A DNA stretch of 40,921 bases from Candidatus Eiseniibacteriota bacterium (GTDB taxonomy: Bacteria; Eisenbacteria; RBG-16-71-46). The notes below the pieces were generated by a model. That model ran no database searches. It saw nothing but the letters and a program-made list of their open reading frames with translations, and was not told the origin of the DNA. Each line of letters begins with the position of its first letter. Within the stretch, counting starts at the first letter, position 1. Both the position numbers and the translations under genes were made by a program. Shown here piece after piece: positions 20,080 to 30,577 of this stretch. The stretch lies in contig JANLWX010000034.1 in the NCBI GenBank assembly GCA_031364845.1, forward strand, positions 1-40,921, in the 5' to 3' direction.

Positions 20080-20179
20080 TCGGCCCCGGGGCTTGCCGTC
20101 CCCGGGGCCGATCACTGGAAGTGCTCGCGCTGCCTGCTGCCTGATGGAGGTGGTCGCGCGCTTCGCTTCGCGCGACCGC
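20080..20179. terminator. Two GC-rich hairpins downstream of ftsH (possible terminator or stabiliser)
   Basis: TCGGCCCCGGGG/CCCCGGGGCCGA (20080-20111) and GTGGTCGCGCG/CGCGCGACCGC (20150-20179); no clear U-tract. Confidence 0.35.
20117..20140 (+). repeat. 24-bp direct repeat copy 2
   Basis: Exact match to 19461..19484. Confidence 0.9.
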
Positions 20180-20244
20180 ACTATTAGACGGCCTGACCAC
20201 CCCTAAGGTTGCAATAGCCTCGTAAATGCTCCGTGCAGCCCGAG

Positions 20245-22326
<2,082 letters not shown>

Positions 22327-22329
22327 GAA

Positions 22330-22875
22330 CTATGCCTCCTCGAGTACACCGACGTAGGGAAGATTGCGATACCGTTCTGCTGCGTCCATGCCATAGCCGA
22401 TCACGAATTCGGAGCCGATCTTCCAGCCCGCGTAGTCGACCGGAACCTGCATCTTCCGGCATGGGACCTTGTCCAGCAGGGTCGCCACTTTGATGCTCGC
22501 GGGGTTCCGCGAGCGCAAAAGATCCAGAATGAACGAAACACTCAAGCCCGAGTCGACCACGCCTTCGCACAGCACGACGTGGCGTCCGGCGATGTCGCCG
22601 CGCAGATCCGAGATCACCCGCACGGTCCCACTCGAAGAAGTGCCGCTCCCGTAGGACGACACCGAAAGAAAATCCAGCTCGACGTCGGCCGGTGTCGCAC
22701 GGGCCAGGTCGCATTGGAACATGCATGCGCCCTTGAGCACACCCACATACAACGGACGCCGGGTTTCGAGGTCCCGGGCGAGCTCCAAGCCCATCTCACG
22801 CACGCGCGCCGCGATCTGCTCGGCGGAAAACATCACCCGGATCGTCGGTTCGCTCACCGCGCGGCTCTCAGTCAT
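22330..22875 (-). CDS. hpt: Hypoxanthine phosphoribosyltransferase
   Basis: VLKGA, SSYG loop, PRPP motif variant LCEGVVDSGLS, LLDK, FVIGYGMD, YRNLPY; lies between tilS and ftsH. Confidence 0.92.
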   Translation of the reverse strand: MTESRAVSEPTIRVMFSAEQIAARVREMGLELARDLETRRPLYVGVLKGACMFQCDLARATPADVELDFLSVSSYGSGTSSSGTVRVISDLRGDIAGRHVVLCEGVVDSGLSVSFILDLLRSRNPASIKVATLLDKVPCRKMQVPVDYAGWKIGSEFVIGYGMDAAERYRNLPYVGVLEEA

Positions 22876-22932
22876 GAGGCTCCCCTGTTCCGAAGCACAT
22901 CGCTGCGACCGCCCGAATCAGGGCTTCCGCTG

Positions 22933-24030
22933 TCATCGGCCTGCGCCGCGCGAAGCTCCAGCATCCATTGCCGTAGATGGTCGACGACGCCAGCACATCC
23001 ATTGCCGGTCGCGCCACACTTCGATCCCCGCGGGCAACTCGATGCGCGCACGCCCCGAAGTGGAGGCAAACAGGCGATCGAGTTGGTCGAAATGACGGCG
23101 GGTGAGACCCACGGTGGAAGGTGCGACGCTTTTCCACAGCAGGCGGACGAGGGCGCGCCGGAGTGCGAGAGGGTAGGAAGCTACCCGGTTCGAAGCAAGC
23201 CTAAACTCCCCGCCTTCGATGCGGCAAATGTCCGGAAGCATGCGACTCGCTCGGCGCTCGATCATTCGGGCCGCCGAGCGTGCCTCATCGACCGTCGCCG
23301 AGACCGCGCGGGCGAGGCCGGCCCGTCTTCGGGGACCCTCTGAGGGCCGTTCCGCGCCCGTGTTCCGCGTTGGCACGGTCGGGCCTCCGATGCATGCCGC
23401 GATCAGCGCGGGAATCGCGCCGTGGCGGATCCGGCTGCGGAAGTAGGAATGTCCGGCATTGGTCACATCTTCGCGCCACGGAATGCCCGCGCGCTCGAGA
23501 TCGAGTTCGATGTCGCGGCGGGTTGCCTGGAGCAGCGGTTTGATCCAGCGGCCGCGCCGCGGCGACATGCCGCCGAGCCCCGCGAGGCCGGTCCCGCGCG
23601 AAAGCCGCATCAGCAGCGTTTCGAGCTGATCATCGGCGGTGTGCGCGGTCGCGATCGCTGCGGCACCCGCGGTTTTCGCCGCGGCGGCGATGAACTCGCG
23701 GCGCAGTGTGCGCAGCCCGGCCTGCCCGGCGAGGCCGCGTGCGCGCATGAGGCTGCGCGTGTCGCGGTGCGCGTCGATCAGCGGGATATCGAGCGCCTCG
23801 CACAGCGCGCGGACTGCTTCGAGATCTCCATCCGCGTCCGCGCCGCGCAGCCCATGGTGCAGGTGGGCAGCCGTAAGCGAGAGGTCGAATTCGCCGGCGA
23901 TCCGATGAAGCCCCACGAGCAGCGCCGTCGAATCGGCTCCGCCGCTCACTGCGACCAGCACGCGGCTGCCCTGGAGCGGCCCGCACAGCCCATGCAGCGC
24001 CCGGCGCAATACCGGCTCGATGCGGCGCAG
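22933..24030 (-). CDS. tilS: tRNA(Ile)-lysidine synthetase TilS, short form
   Basis: VAVSGGADS PP-loop, HLHHGLR, AHTADDQLET, RGTGLAGL, WREDVTN, RSRIRH. Start uncertain: CTG 24030 or TTG 24009; the track's start at 24147 lies inside the tRNA. Confidence 0.9.
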   Translation of the reverse strand: MRRIEPVLRRALHGLCGPLQGSRVLVAVSGGADSTALLVGLHRIAGEFDLSLTAAHLHHGLRGADADGDLEAVRALCEALDIPLIDAHRDTRSLMRARGLAGQAGLRTLRREFIAAAAKTAGAAAIATAHTADDQLETLLMRLSRGTGLAGLGGMSPRRGRWIKPLLQATRRDIELDLERAGIPWREDVTNAGHSYFRSRIRHGAIPALIAACIGGPTVPTRNTGAERPSEGPRRRAGLARAVSATVDEARSAARMIERRASRMLPDICRIEGGEFRLASNRVASYPLALRRALVRLLWKSVAPSTVGLTRRHFDQLDRLFASTSGRARIELPAGIEVWRDRQWMCWRRRPSTAMDAGASRGAGR

Positions 24031-24114
24031 GCGGAACGTCGCGCGCGGAGCGGTCGAAACCCGGGACCGGCCAGAGGATGAACCGGGCGCACGTGGGCGA
24101 CCGGCTTTGGAGAG

Positions 24115-24190
24115 TGGTGGCGGCGCAGGGACTCGAACCCCGGACACAGAGATTATGATTCTCCTGCTCTACCAGCTGAGCTACACCGCC
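24115..24190 (-). tRNA. tRNA with CAT anticodon, most likely elongator tRNA-Met
   Basis: Minus strand reads GGCGGTGTAGCTCAGCTGGTAGAGCAGGAGAATCATAATCTCTGTGTCCGGGGTTCGAGTCCCTGCGCCGCCACCA: 76 nt, full cloverleaf, encoded CCA, paired G1-C72 so not initiator. Confidence 0.95.
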
Positions 24191-24228
24191 AGAATCGGGG
24201 GGCCATCCGTGAGGATGGCGGGGGAGGA

Positions 24229-24257
24229 AAGCTAGGTACCGGACGGTGGAAAGTCAA
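24229..24257 (-). promoter_or_regulatory. Sigma70-type promoter for tRNA-tilS-hpt-ftsH
   Basis: Minus strand TTGACT - 17 bp - TAGCTT, ending about 40 nt upstream of the tRNA; a leader hairpin GCCATCC/GGATGGC lies at 24202-24219. Confidence 0.65.
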
Positions 24258-24466
24258 CCAGGCGCCTGGCCGATGACCTCTCTGGGCACCCGGCGCCGGC
24301 CGCGCGGCGAATACCCGAGCTTCGCGGGTATCATGCCGCAACTCTCAACCAACGTATGGGCCTTGGTTCCGGGATCGGGGCGAAATCGCGTTTGGAGGCT
24401 CCGGTTTCGTCACGGGAATGCGCGCCCTTTCCCTCAAGAAACGGATCGCTCGAGGAGACACGCTGC

Positions 24467-26857
24467 ATGACGCCGTCCATGAAGATCTGGGGAATCCTGG
24501 TGTGCGCGCTCATCGGCGTGGTCGCATCGTCCGCTTCGGCGCACACCGCAACCGTGCGAGGACGCGTGGTCGACTCGGAGTCGCGCGAGCCCATCAGCCA
24601 GGCCGAAGTCGTCATCGTGGGCACCGGCAGCCGTGCCTACACCGACGATTCCGGTCGATTCGCCCTCGAGGGCATCCCGCCCGGCGCCCACACCCTGAGC
24701 GTGATCCACATGGGGTATGTCCCGCTGCGGCATGCGCTGGTGATCGCTGAGGCGGATGTTCCATCACTCGAGTTGCGGATCGGACGAAGCGCCGTGCGTC
24801 TCGACGAAGTGACCGTGACCCCGGGCGGATTCTCGTTCATGGGTCAAAGCGGAGGCGCGCGCCAGACCATGTCCCGGGAGGCGGTCGAATCCGTGCCCCA
24901 AATCGGCAATGACATCTTCCGTGCCGTCAACCGCCTCCCCGGGCTGTCCTCGAACGACTATTCCGCGCACTTCGGCATCCGCGGCGGGCGTCACGACGAA
25001 ACGCTCATCCTGCTCGACGGGCTCGAAATCCACGAGCCCTACCACCTCAAGGATTTCAACGAAGGCGCCATCAGCATCATCGACGCCGAGACGATCGACG
25101 GCGTCCAGTTGATGACCGGCGGGTTTCCCGCTCGCTATGGCAACCGGCGCAGCGGTGTGTTCGACATCAACTCGCGAGTTCCGGATCGTGAGCATGCGCG
25201 CGTCGATCTCGGCGTGAGTTTCCTGAACTCGCACGTCTCCGCAATGGGTCCGTTCGCGGACGGAAAAGGCTCGTGGCTGGGGTTCGGCCGCACCGGGTAC
25301 ATGGGATTGGTGTTCCAGTTCATCGATCGCGCCGATCTCCCCAAACCAGGCTTCGAGGACGGATTCGCGCGGGCGAGCTACAAGCTCACCCCGAGTCAGG
25401 AACTCGCGGTCGACGTGCTGCACGCGGGCGACCGGTACACCTACGACATCCCCGCCACCACCGGATTCGAGGACACAATCAACACTCGCGAAGTGGCGAA
25501 CACCCATTACAAGAACAGCTACGTGTGGGCGACGCTCAAGTCCACGTTTGGACCGCACACCACAGTGCGGACCATTCTATCGGGAGGTCATGTGACGCGT
25601 TCGCGCGCCGGATCGGAGCGGGACATCCTGCGCCCGGACCCGTTCTATTCGGTGAGCAACCAGCGTCGCTACACGATATCGGGGGCCACGCAGGATTGGA
25701 CACTTGGCCTGTCCGATCGCGATATCGTGAGCTTCGGGGTCGACGCCCGGCGTGTGCGTAACATCGATAACTTCGCGAGCGTTATTGCCCAGGACCCGGA
25801 TGACCCGACGGATCACTCGAGTGAGTATCCGATTCGCAGGAGCGCGAGTCTCGACCGGGCGGGAACGCAACTCGCGGCGTACGTCTCCAATCGCTGGCGG
25901 GTCGTTCGGCCCCTGGTCGTCGAAACCGGCGTGCGGTACGACCGCGCGAGCTGGACGGGCGACCGCGACGTGAGCCCGCGGACGAGCGCTGCACTAGATG
26001 TCGGCCGGGGAATGACCCTTCGTCTGGGCTGGGGACTCTACCGACAGATGCAGGGCATCGACGACGTGGCCACGCTCAACGGTGCCTCCCGATACGATCG
26101 ATCCGAGCGCTCGGAGCAGTGGACGACGGGCTGGGAATGGGCCGGCAAGAACGGGACACTGGTGCGCGCGGAAGGATATCTCAAGCGGGGTTCGCGCCTG
26201 CGGCCGGCGTATCGCAACTGGAAAGGGGCCATCGATGCGTTCCCGGAATCGAACGAAGATCGCATTCTGGTGTTCCCGCGTCACAACACGAGCAAGGGCG
26301 TCGAGGTCTACTTCGACCGGCCGCTCAGCCAGAGTGTCGTCGCGCGCGGCAGCTATTCCTATGCGATCGCCAACGAGGTTGTGGCGCGAATCGAGAACGC
26401 CAACGGTTCCGAGCTACTGACCTACGACCTCACCCACCCTGGCCCTCACGACCAGCGCCACGCGGCGAACATCGACTGCACCTGGCGGATTCGCGGCTAC
26501 ACGCTGAACGGATCGTTCGCCTACCACAGTGGCTGGCCCGCGACGCTCGAACAATTGGTTACCGTCACGAACGAAGACGGCGATCAGGCGCTCGCGGCCC
26601 GCCCCACGAAGCTCTACGGGGCGCGCCTGCCCGATTACATGCGATTCGACGTGCGCGCTTCACGCAAGTGGATGAGCCGGCTGGGCGAGTTCGGCGTCGC
26701 GCTCGAGGTCATCAACCTCACGAACCAGACGAACGTCTTCGGCTACGACTACTTCAAGCGCCGCAATGACGCGGGCCAGTTCGTACTGGACCGAGGGGAT
26801 GAGACCTGGTTTACGATCATGCCGTCGCTCGGTGTCACGTGGAGCCGGAGCTTCTGA
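24467..26857 (+). CDS. TonB-dependent receptor with N-terminal CarboxypepD_reg-like domain
   Basis: GAGGAG RBS; signal peptide; RGRVVD...TDDSGRFAL N-domain; plug LPGL...IRGG...LDG...GGFPARYGNRRSGV; beta-barrel; terminal Phe. Confidence 0.9.
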   Translation: MTPSMKIWGILVCALIGVVASSASAHTATVRGRVVDSESREPISQAEVVIVGTGSRAYTDDSGRFALEGIPPGAHTLSVIHMGYVPLRHALVIAEADVPSLELRIGRSAVRLDEVTVTPGGFSFMGQSGGARQTMSREAVESVPQIGNDIFRAVNRLPGLSSNDYSAHFGIRGGRHDETLILLDGLEIHEPYHLKDFNEGAISIIDAETIDGVQLMTGGFPARYGNRRSGVFDINSRVPDREHARVDLGVSFLNSHVSAMGPFADGKGSWLGFGRTGYMGLVFQFIDRADLPKPGFEDGFARASYKLTPSQELAVDVLHAGDRYTYDIPATTGFEDTINTREVANTHYKNSYVWATLKSTFGPHTTVRTILSGGHVTRSRAGSERDILRPDPFYSVSNQRRYTISGATQDWTLGLSDRDIVSFGVDARRVRNIDNFASVIAQDPDDPTDHSSEYPIRRSASLDRAGTQLAAYVSNRWRVVRPLVVETGVRYDRASWTGDRDVSPRTSAALDVGRGMTLRLGWGLYRQMQGIDDVATLNGASRYDRSERSEQWTTGWEWAGKNGTLVRAEGYLKRGSRLRPAYRNWKGAIDAFPESNEDRILVFPRHNTSKGVEVYFDRPLSQSVVARGSYSYAIANEVVARIENANGSELLTYDLTHPGPHDQRHAANIDCTWRIRGYTLNGSFAYHSGWPATLEQLVTVTNEDGDQALAARPTKLYGARLPDYMRFDVRASRKWMSRLGEFGVALEVINLTNQTNVFGYDYFKRRNDAGQFVLDRGDETWFTIMPSLGVTWSRSF

Positions 26858-26941
26858 ACGGGAACGACCGGCAGGAGGCGGTGGGTCGTTGAGCAAGCAA
26901 TCCGCCCAACGTAGTCTGCTCGAGCGCCCCGGACCCAGAGT

Positions 26942-27892
26942 ATGATTGTGGCTCGGGAGGCGATCATGCACATCGACGATTTCCATAGCCGCGCGCGAGC
27001 TTCCATGGGACTCATTGCCCTGGCCATATGCATCCGTTCGACCCCGGCCTCAGCGGCGACGATCGACGGCACGCTGGACGGTGAGTACGGTCTCCCTTTG
27101 AGTACACAGACCACTGAGACCGGATTCGGCGACACTTCGTTCGGCCCGATCTACCAGGAAGGATCGGAGCTCGACCAGGCGTTCGCCTACGTCGATGGAG
27201 GAACCCTGTTCCTCCTGTTCACGGGCAACCTGCAGCCGTTTGCGAGCGAGCCGCTGACGAACCCGGAGCAACTCGAAATCTTCATCGACTGTGTGCCCGG
27301 GGGACAGAATTCCCTCCGCGCCGACAATCCCGCGATCGGCATCAACCTTCGACTGAGCGATCTCGCGGGGCTTGCGTTCGACGCCGATTTCTCCCCGGAC
27401 TACTGGTTCGAACACTCGACGGCGCGCGGTGGCCGTTCATGGGCGTACTACGCCGAGTTGCCCGCGGCCGGTGGGGGCTTGGGTTATTTCCTGGGCCGAA
27501 ACGGGTCGGTCTATGGAACAGAGCTCACCGGAGGAACCAATCCCCATGGAATTCGCGTCGGCCTCAATGAAACGAACGAGGCGGGGGTGACCGAGGGATG
27601 CGGCCCTGCTTCAGGCGCCGGTGTAGCGACCGGATTCGAATGGTCGATACCGCTCGAAGCGATCGGGAACCCGACCGGCGCCCTCAAGGTGTGCGCGCTG
27701 GTCGCGAGATACAATACACCACAGATCTCGAATCAGATGCTCGGCCCGTTGCCGCCCGGAACCTGCTCGCTCGGCGCGCCGGCGAATGTGAATCTCACAT
27801 CCATTCCCGGGGAGCAGTACTTCGTGATCGACTTCGCGGTTCCCGCCCGGCGCGCGAGTTTTGGATACGTGAAAGCGAAGTACTCGCGATAG
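26942..27892 (+). CDS. Secreted hypothetical protein with short C-terminal motif VPARRASFGYVKAKY
   Basis: Signal-like segment ending PASA; acidic, Gly-rich globular domain starting IDGTLDGEYG. Start may be 26942, 26965 or later. Confidence 0.7.
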   Translation: MIVAREAIMHIDDFHSRARASMGLIALAICIRSTPASAATIDGTLDGEYGLPLSTQTTETGFGDTSFGPIYQEGSELDQAFAYVDGGTLFLLFTGNLQPFASEPLTNPEQLEIFIDCVPGGQNSLRADNPAIGINLRLSDLAGLAFDADFSPDYWFEHSTARGGRSWAYYAELPAAGGGLGYFLGRNGSVYGTELTGGTNPHGIRVGLNETNEAGVTEGCGPASGAGVATGFEWSIPLEAIGNPTGALKVCALVARYNTPQISNQMLGPLPPGTCSLGAPANVNLTSIPGEQYFVIDFAVPARRASFGYVKAKYSR

Positions 27893-27997
27893 GGCTTGGC
27901 GTCTCTTGATGGTGGCTTCATCCGATTCGCGATGGGCCTTTGAGGTCTTCGAGGCCCTGTCGGATCATGGATCCGCCGGGAAAGCGTTCGAAGTCCA

Positions 27998-28846
27998 TCA
28001 GCCTGCCGCCTTCTCCGCGTTCGGTCCTGATTCGGCATCCTGGCCCGCGCCACCGTTGACGTCGCGGCTCGGCGTGGAGGGCGGTTCGTCCTGCGGACGA
28101 ATGCGGAAGATGCGCGACAACTCGCTGCGCAATTCGCCTTCGTTGAGCTTCTGCATCAGGCGACCGCGAAACGCGACGGAGATGTCGCCACTCTGCTCGC
28201 TCACGATGATGATCGCCGCGTCGGTTTCTTCGGACAGCCCGAGGGCGGCGCGATGGCGCGTTCCGTACATCGCCGAGATGCGCGGGTTGGCGGTGAGCGG
28301 CAGGATGCACGAGGCCGCGATCACGATGTCCTCGCGCAGGATCACCGCACCGTCGTGCAGCGGCGAGCCGGGACTGAACAACGTGACGAGCAGTTCCGCT
28401 GAAACCTTCGCGTCGATGCGGGTGCCGGTCTCGACGAAATTACGCAGGCCGGTGTTGCGCTCGACCACGATCAGCGCACCGTTGCGTCGCGTCGCGAGCG
28501 TTTCCACCGCGCGCACGACTTCCCCGAGCACGCCGTAATGGTCGCCGCGCAGGAACGAGCGGAAGTAGCGCGTGCGCCCGAACAGCGCGAGCACGTGTCG
28601 CAACTCGGGCTGGAACAGGATCACGAAGGCGATCAGCCACACCGTCTTCAGGCTTTCGACGATCCAGCGAATCGCGATCAGGTCGAGCTCGCGCGCAATG
28701 AGCCCGACGAGCACGATCACCAGCAACCCCACGTACATCTGCGCCGAGCGCGTCCCCTTGACGAGGATGAGCAGGCGGTAGAACAACACCGCCACGAGCA
28801 GGATGTCGAGGATGTCGAAGAACCAGAAATTATGGACGGGCGTCAT
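27998..28846 (-). CDS. cdaA: Diadenylate cyclase CdaA/DacA (c-di-AMP synthase)
   Basis: Three N-terminal TM helices, ILFQPELR, GALIV, SPLHDGA, GTRHRAALGLSEETDA, VSEQSG. Confidence 0.95.
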   Translation of the reverse strand: MTPVHNFWFFDILDILLVAVLFYRLLILVKGTRSAQMYVGLLVIVLVGLIARELDLIAIRWIVESLKTVWLIAFVILFQPELRHVLALFGRTRYFRSFLRGDHYGVLGEVVRAVETLATRRNGALIVVERNTGLRNFVETGTRIDAKVSAELLVTLFSPGSPLHDGAVILREDIVIAASCILPLTANPRISAMYGTRHRAALGLSEETDAAIIIVSEQSGDISVAFRGRLMQKLNEGELRSELSRIFRIRPQDEPPSTPSRDVNGGAGQDAESGPNAEKAAG

Positions 28847-29053
28847 GGTCGTGCCAGCGGGGGTGCGGGTCGCAAGGGATCGAACTCCGGCTCAAGGATC
28901 GCACGAAACGTAGTCATGTGCACGGCATCGGCGCGTCGCGCGCGGTCCTGAATGACGCCCGGCGTTGGGATCGAGTTCCCGGGCCGCGAAGCGTATGGCC
29001 CGGCGAGCCACGTCACGCGTCAGCGCGCTTGCCGAGGCGGCCCGGGATCGACG

Positions 29054-29905
29054 TCAGCCCCGGATCGCCTCGCGGGTCCGCATGGCGATCCGCACGGCGC
29101 GAATCGTGGCGGTGATGTCGTGCGTGCGCACGATCCGGGCGCCGTGGAACACCGCGATCGCGGTCGCGGCGAGGCCTCCTTCGAGTCGCTGATCGGCGCC
29201 CAGCTCCAGTTCGCGCCCGAGGAAGCTCTTGCGCGAAACCCCGACCAGCACCGGGCGGCCGAGGCCGCCCAGCTCGTCGAGCCGCGCGAGCAGCTCGTAG
29301 TTGTGGGCGATCGCTTTGCCGAAGCCGATACCGGGATCGATCGCAATTGCGTCCTCGGCGACCCCCGCGGCGCGCGCGCGGGCGATGCGCTCCGCGAGAT
29401 GGCCGCGCACTTCGCGCACGACGTCGTCGTAGTGAGGGCGGGTCTGCATGGTCGCCGGCGTGCCCTGCATGTGCATGACGACGAGGCCGGCCCCCGCCGC
29501 CTCGACCGTTCCCGCCATGTCGGGATCGCCGAGCCCCGTGACGTCGTTCACGATCCGCGCCCCCGCTTCGAGCGCGCGGCGCGCGACCGCGGCGTTCGTG
29601 GTGTCGACCGAGATGCACAGCGCGGGATCCCCGCCGACCGCATCGAGCACCGGCATCAGGCGGCGCAGCTGTTCGTCCGCCGAGACCGGCGCCGATCCCG
29701 GCCTCGTGCTCTCGGCGCCGAGATCGATGAGATCGGCACCGAGACCGGTCAACTCACGAATGCGCGCGATCGCGGCCGCCGGTTCCAGATAACGCCCGCC
29801 GTCCGAGAAGCTGTCGGGCGTGGCGTTGACGATCCCCATGATGAGCGGACCGTTCGCGAAATCGAACGTCCGGTCGCGGCAGCGCCAGTTCATCGGAAGC
29901 GTCAT
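29054..29905 (-). CDS. folP: Dihydropteroate synthase
   Basis: MGIVNATPDSFSDGG, DLGAESTRPG, ISVDT, IVNDV, MHMQGTP, DPGIGFGK, SRKSF, VRTHD. Confidence 0.97.
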   Translation of the reverse strand: MTLPMNWRCRDRTFDFANGPLIMGIVNATPDSFSDGGRYLEPAAAIARIRELTGLGADLIDLGAESTRPGSAPVSADEQLRRLMPVLDAVGGDPALCISVDTTNAAVARRALEAGARIVNDVTGLGDPDMAGTVEAAGAGLVVMHMQGTPATMQTRPHYDDVVREVRGHLAERIARARAAGVAEDAIAIDPGIGFGKAIAHNYELLARLDELGGLGRPVLVGVSRKSFLGRELELGADQRLEGGLAATAIAVFHGARIVRTHDITATIRAVRIAMRTREAIRG

Positions 29906-30381
29906 CGTGCGAGCGCGTCCGACAAACGGCCGATCTGTGCCGCGTGGTCATGCGCGTGCGAAGCGTAGATGCGCAGCCAGATCTCGGGAGTGTAGAGGCC
30001 TGAATCCGAGTGCCAGCCCGCGCGCGTCCATTCGTCCTCGCGCAGGCGGAGCAAGAGCGGATGCGTGGACTCGCGCGCGGCGCGGAACGCGTCGAGCGAC
30101 GGTTCGATGGGACGTTCCATGTAGCGCAGGCGCTGTGCGAAGCGTTCCTGATCGTAGCCGTGGATGACCGGATGATCCTCGGCGATCAGGCGTCGCACGC
30201 GAATGGCGGCGGTCATCTCGCTGTCGGCGAGGTGGTGGATGATCTCGGCGGCGCTCCACTTGCCGGGGATCGGGTGTGCCGTGAGATCCGCCGGCTCCAT
30301 GATCCGCAGGAGTTGCCCCGCGACTTCGTCGAAGCCCGCGGCGTAGCGTTGGATCAGGGTCGCGCGTTCATCAGGGGTCAT
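29902..30381 (-). CDS. DinB/YfiT-family putative metal-dependent protein
   Basis: PGKWSAAEIIHHLADSE and HAHDHAAQI His motifs; GAGGAG RBS before ATG 30381; ATGA overlap with folP. Confidence 0.88.
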   Translation of the reverse strand: MTPDERATLIQRYAAGFDEVAGQLLRIMEPADLTAHPIPGKWSAAEIIHHLADSEMTAAIRVRRLIAEDHPVIHGYDQERFAQRLRYMERPIEPSLDAFRAARESTHPLLLRLREDEWTRAGWHSDSGLYTPEIWLRIYASHAHDHAAQIGRLSDALAR

Positions 30382-30440
30382 GCGTTCGTCTCCTCGAGTG
30401 AACACCGAGGGTTGAGAAGTGACCAAAACGCCGGGGCGCG

Positions 30441-30469
30441 TTGACCTTCCGAGGTTGGGATGGTAGCAC
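30441..30469 (+). promoter_or_regulatory. Possible sigma70 promoter for the OmpA gene
   Basis: TTGACC - 17 bp - TAGCAC; the -10 match is weak. Confidence 0.3.
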
Positions 30470-30577
30470 TTACCGGTCTTTTTGCCCGCGACCGGCCGTG
30501 CACCGGGGCCAGCCGGCATCTCTCCATTCGATCTTTCATCCTCGCGCTGTTCCGTGTTGTTAAGGAGGCTCGCCCGC

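Noticed and set aside
18416..20244. Integron cassette array (attC-like motifs such as CGCCAACAATGAGTT near 20066 and TTAGACGGC near 20184)
   Set aside because: No integrase in the window, no clean RYYYAAC/GTTRRRY pair with L boxes, and inconsistent orientation. IntegronFinder would be needed to decide.
24115..24190. tRNA as attachment site of an integrated element
   Set aside because: No duplicate of the tRNA 3' end and no integrase seen in the window; tilS follows the 3' end directly.
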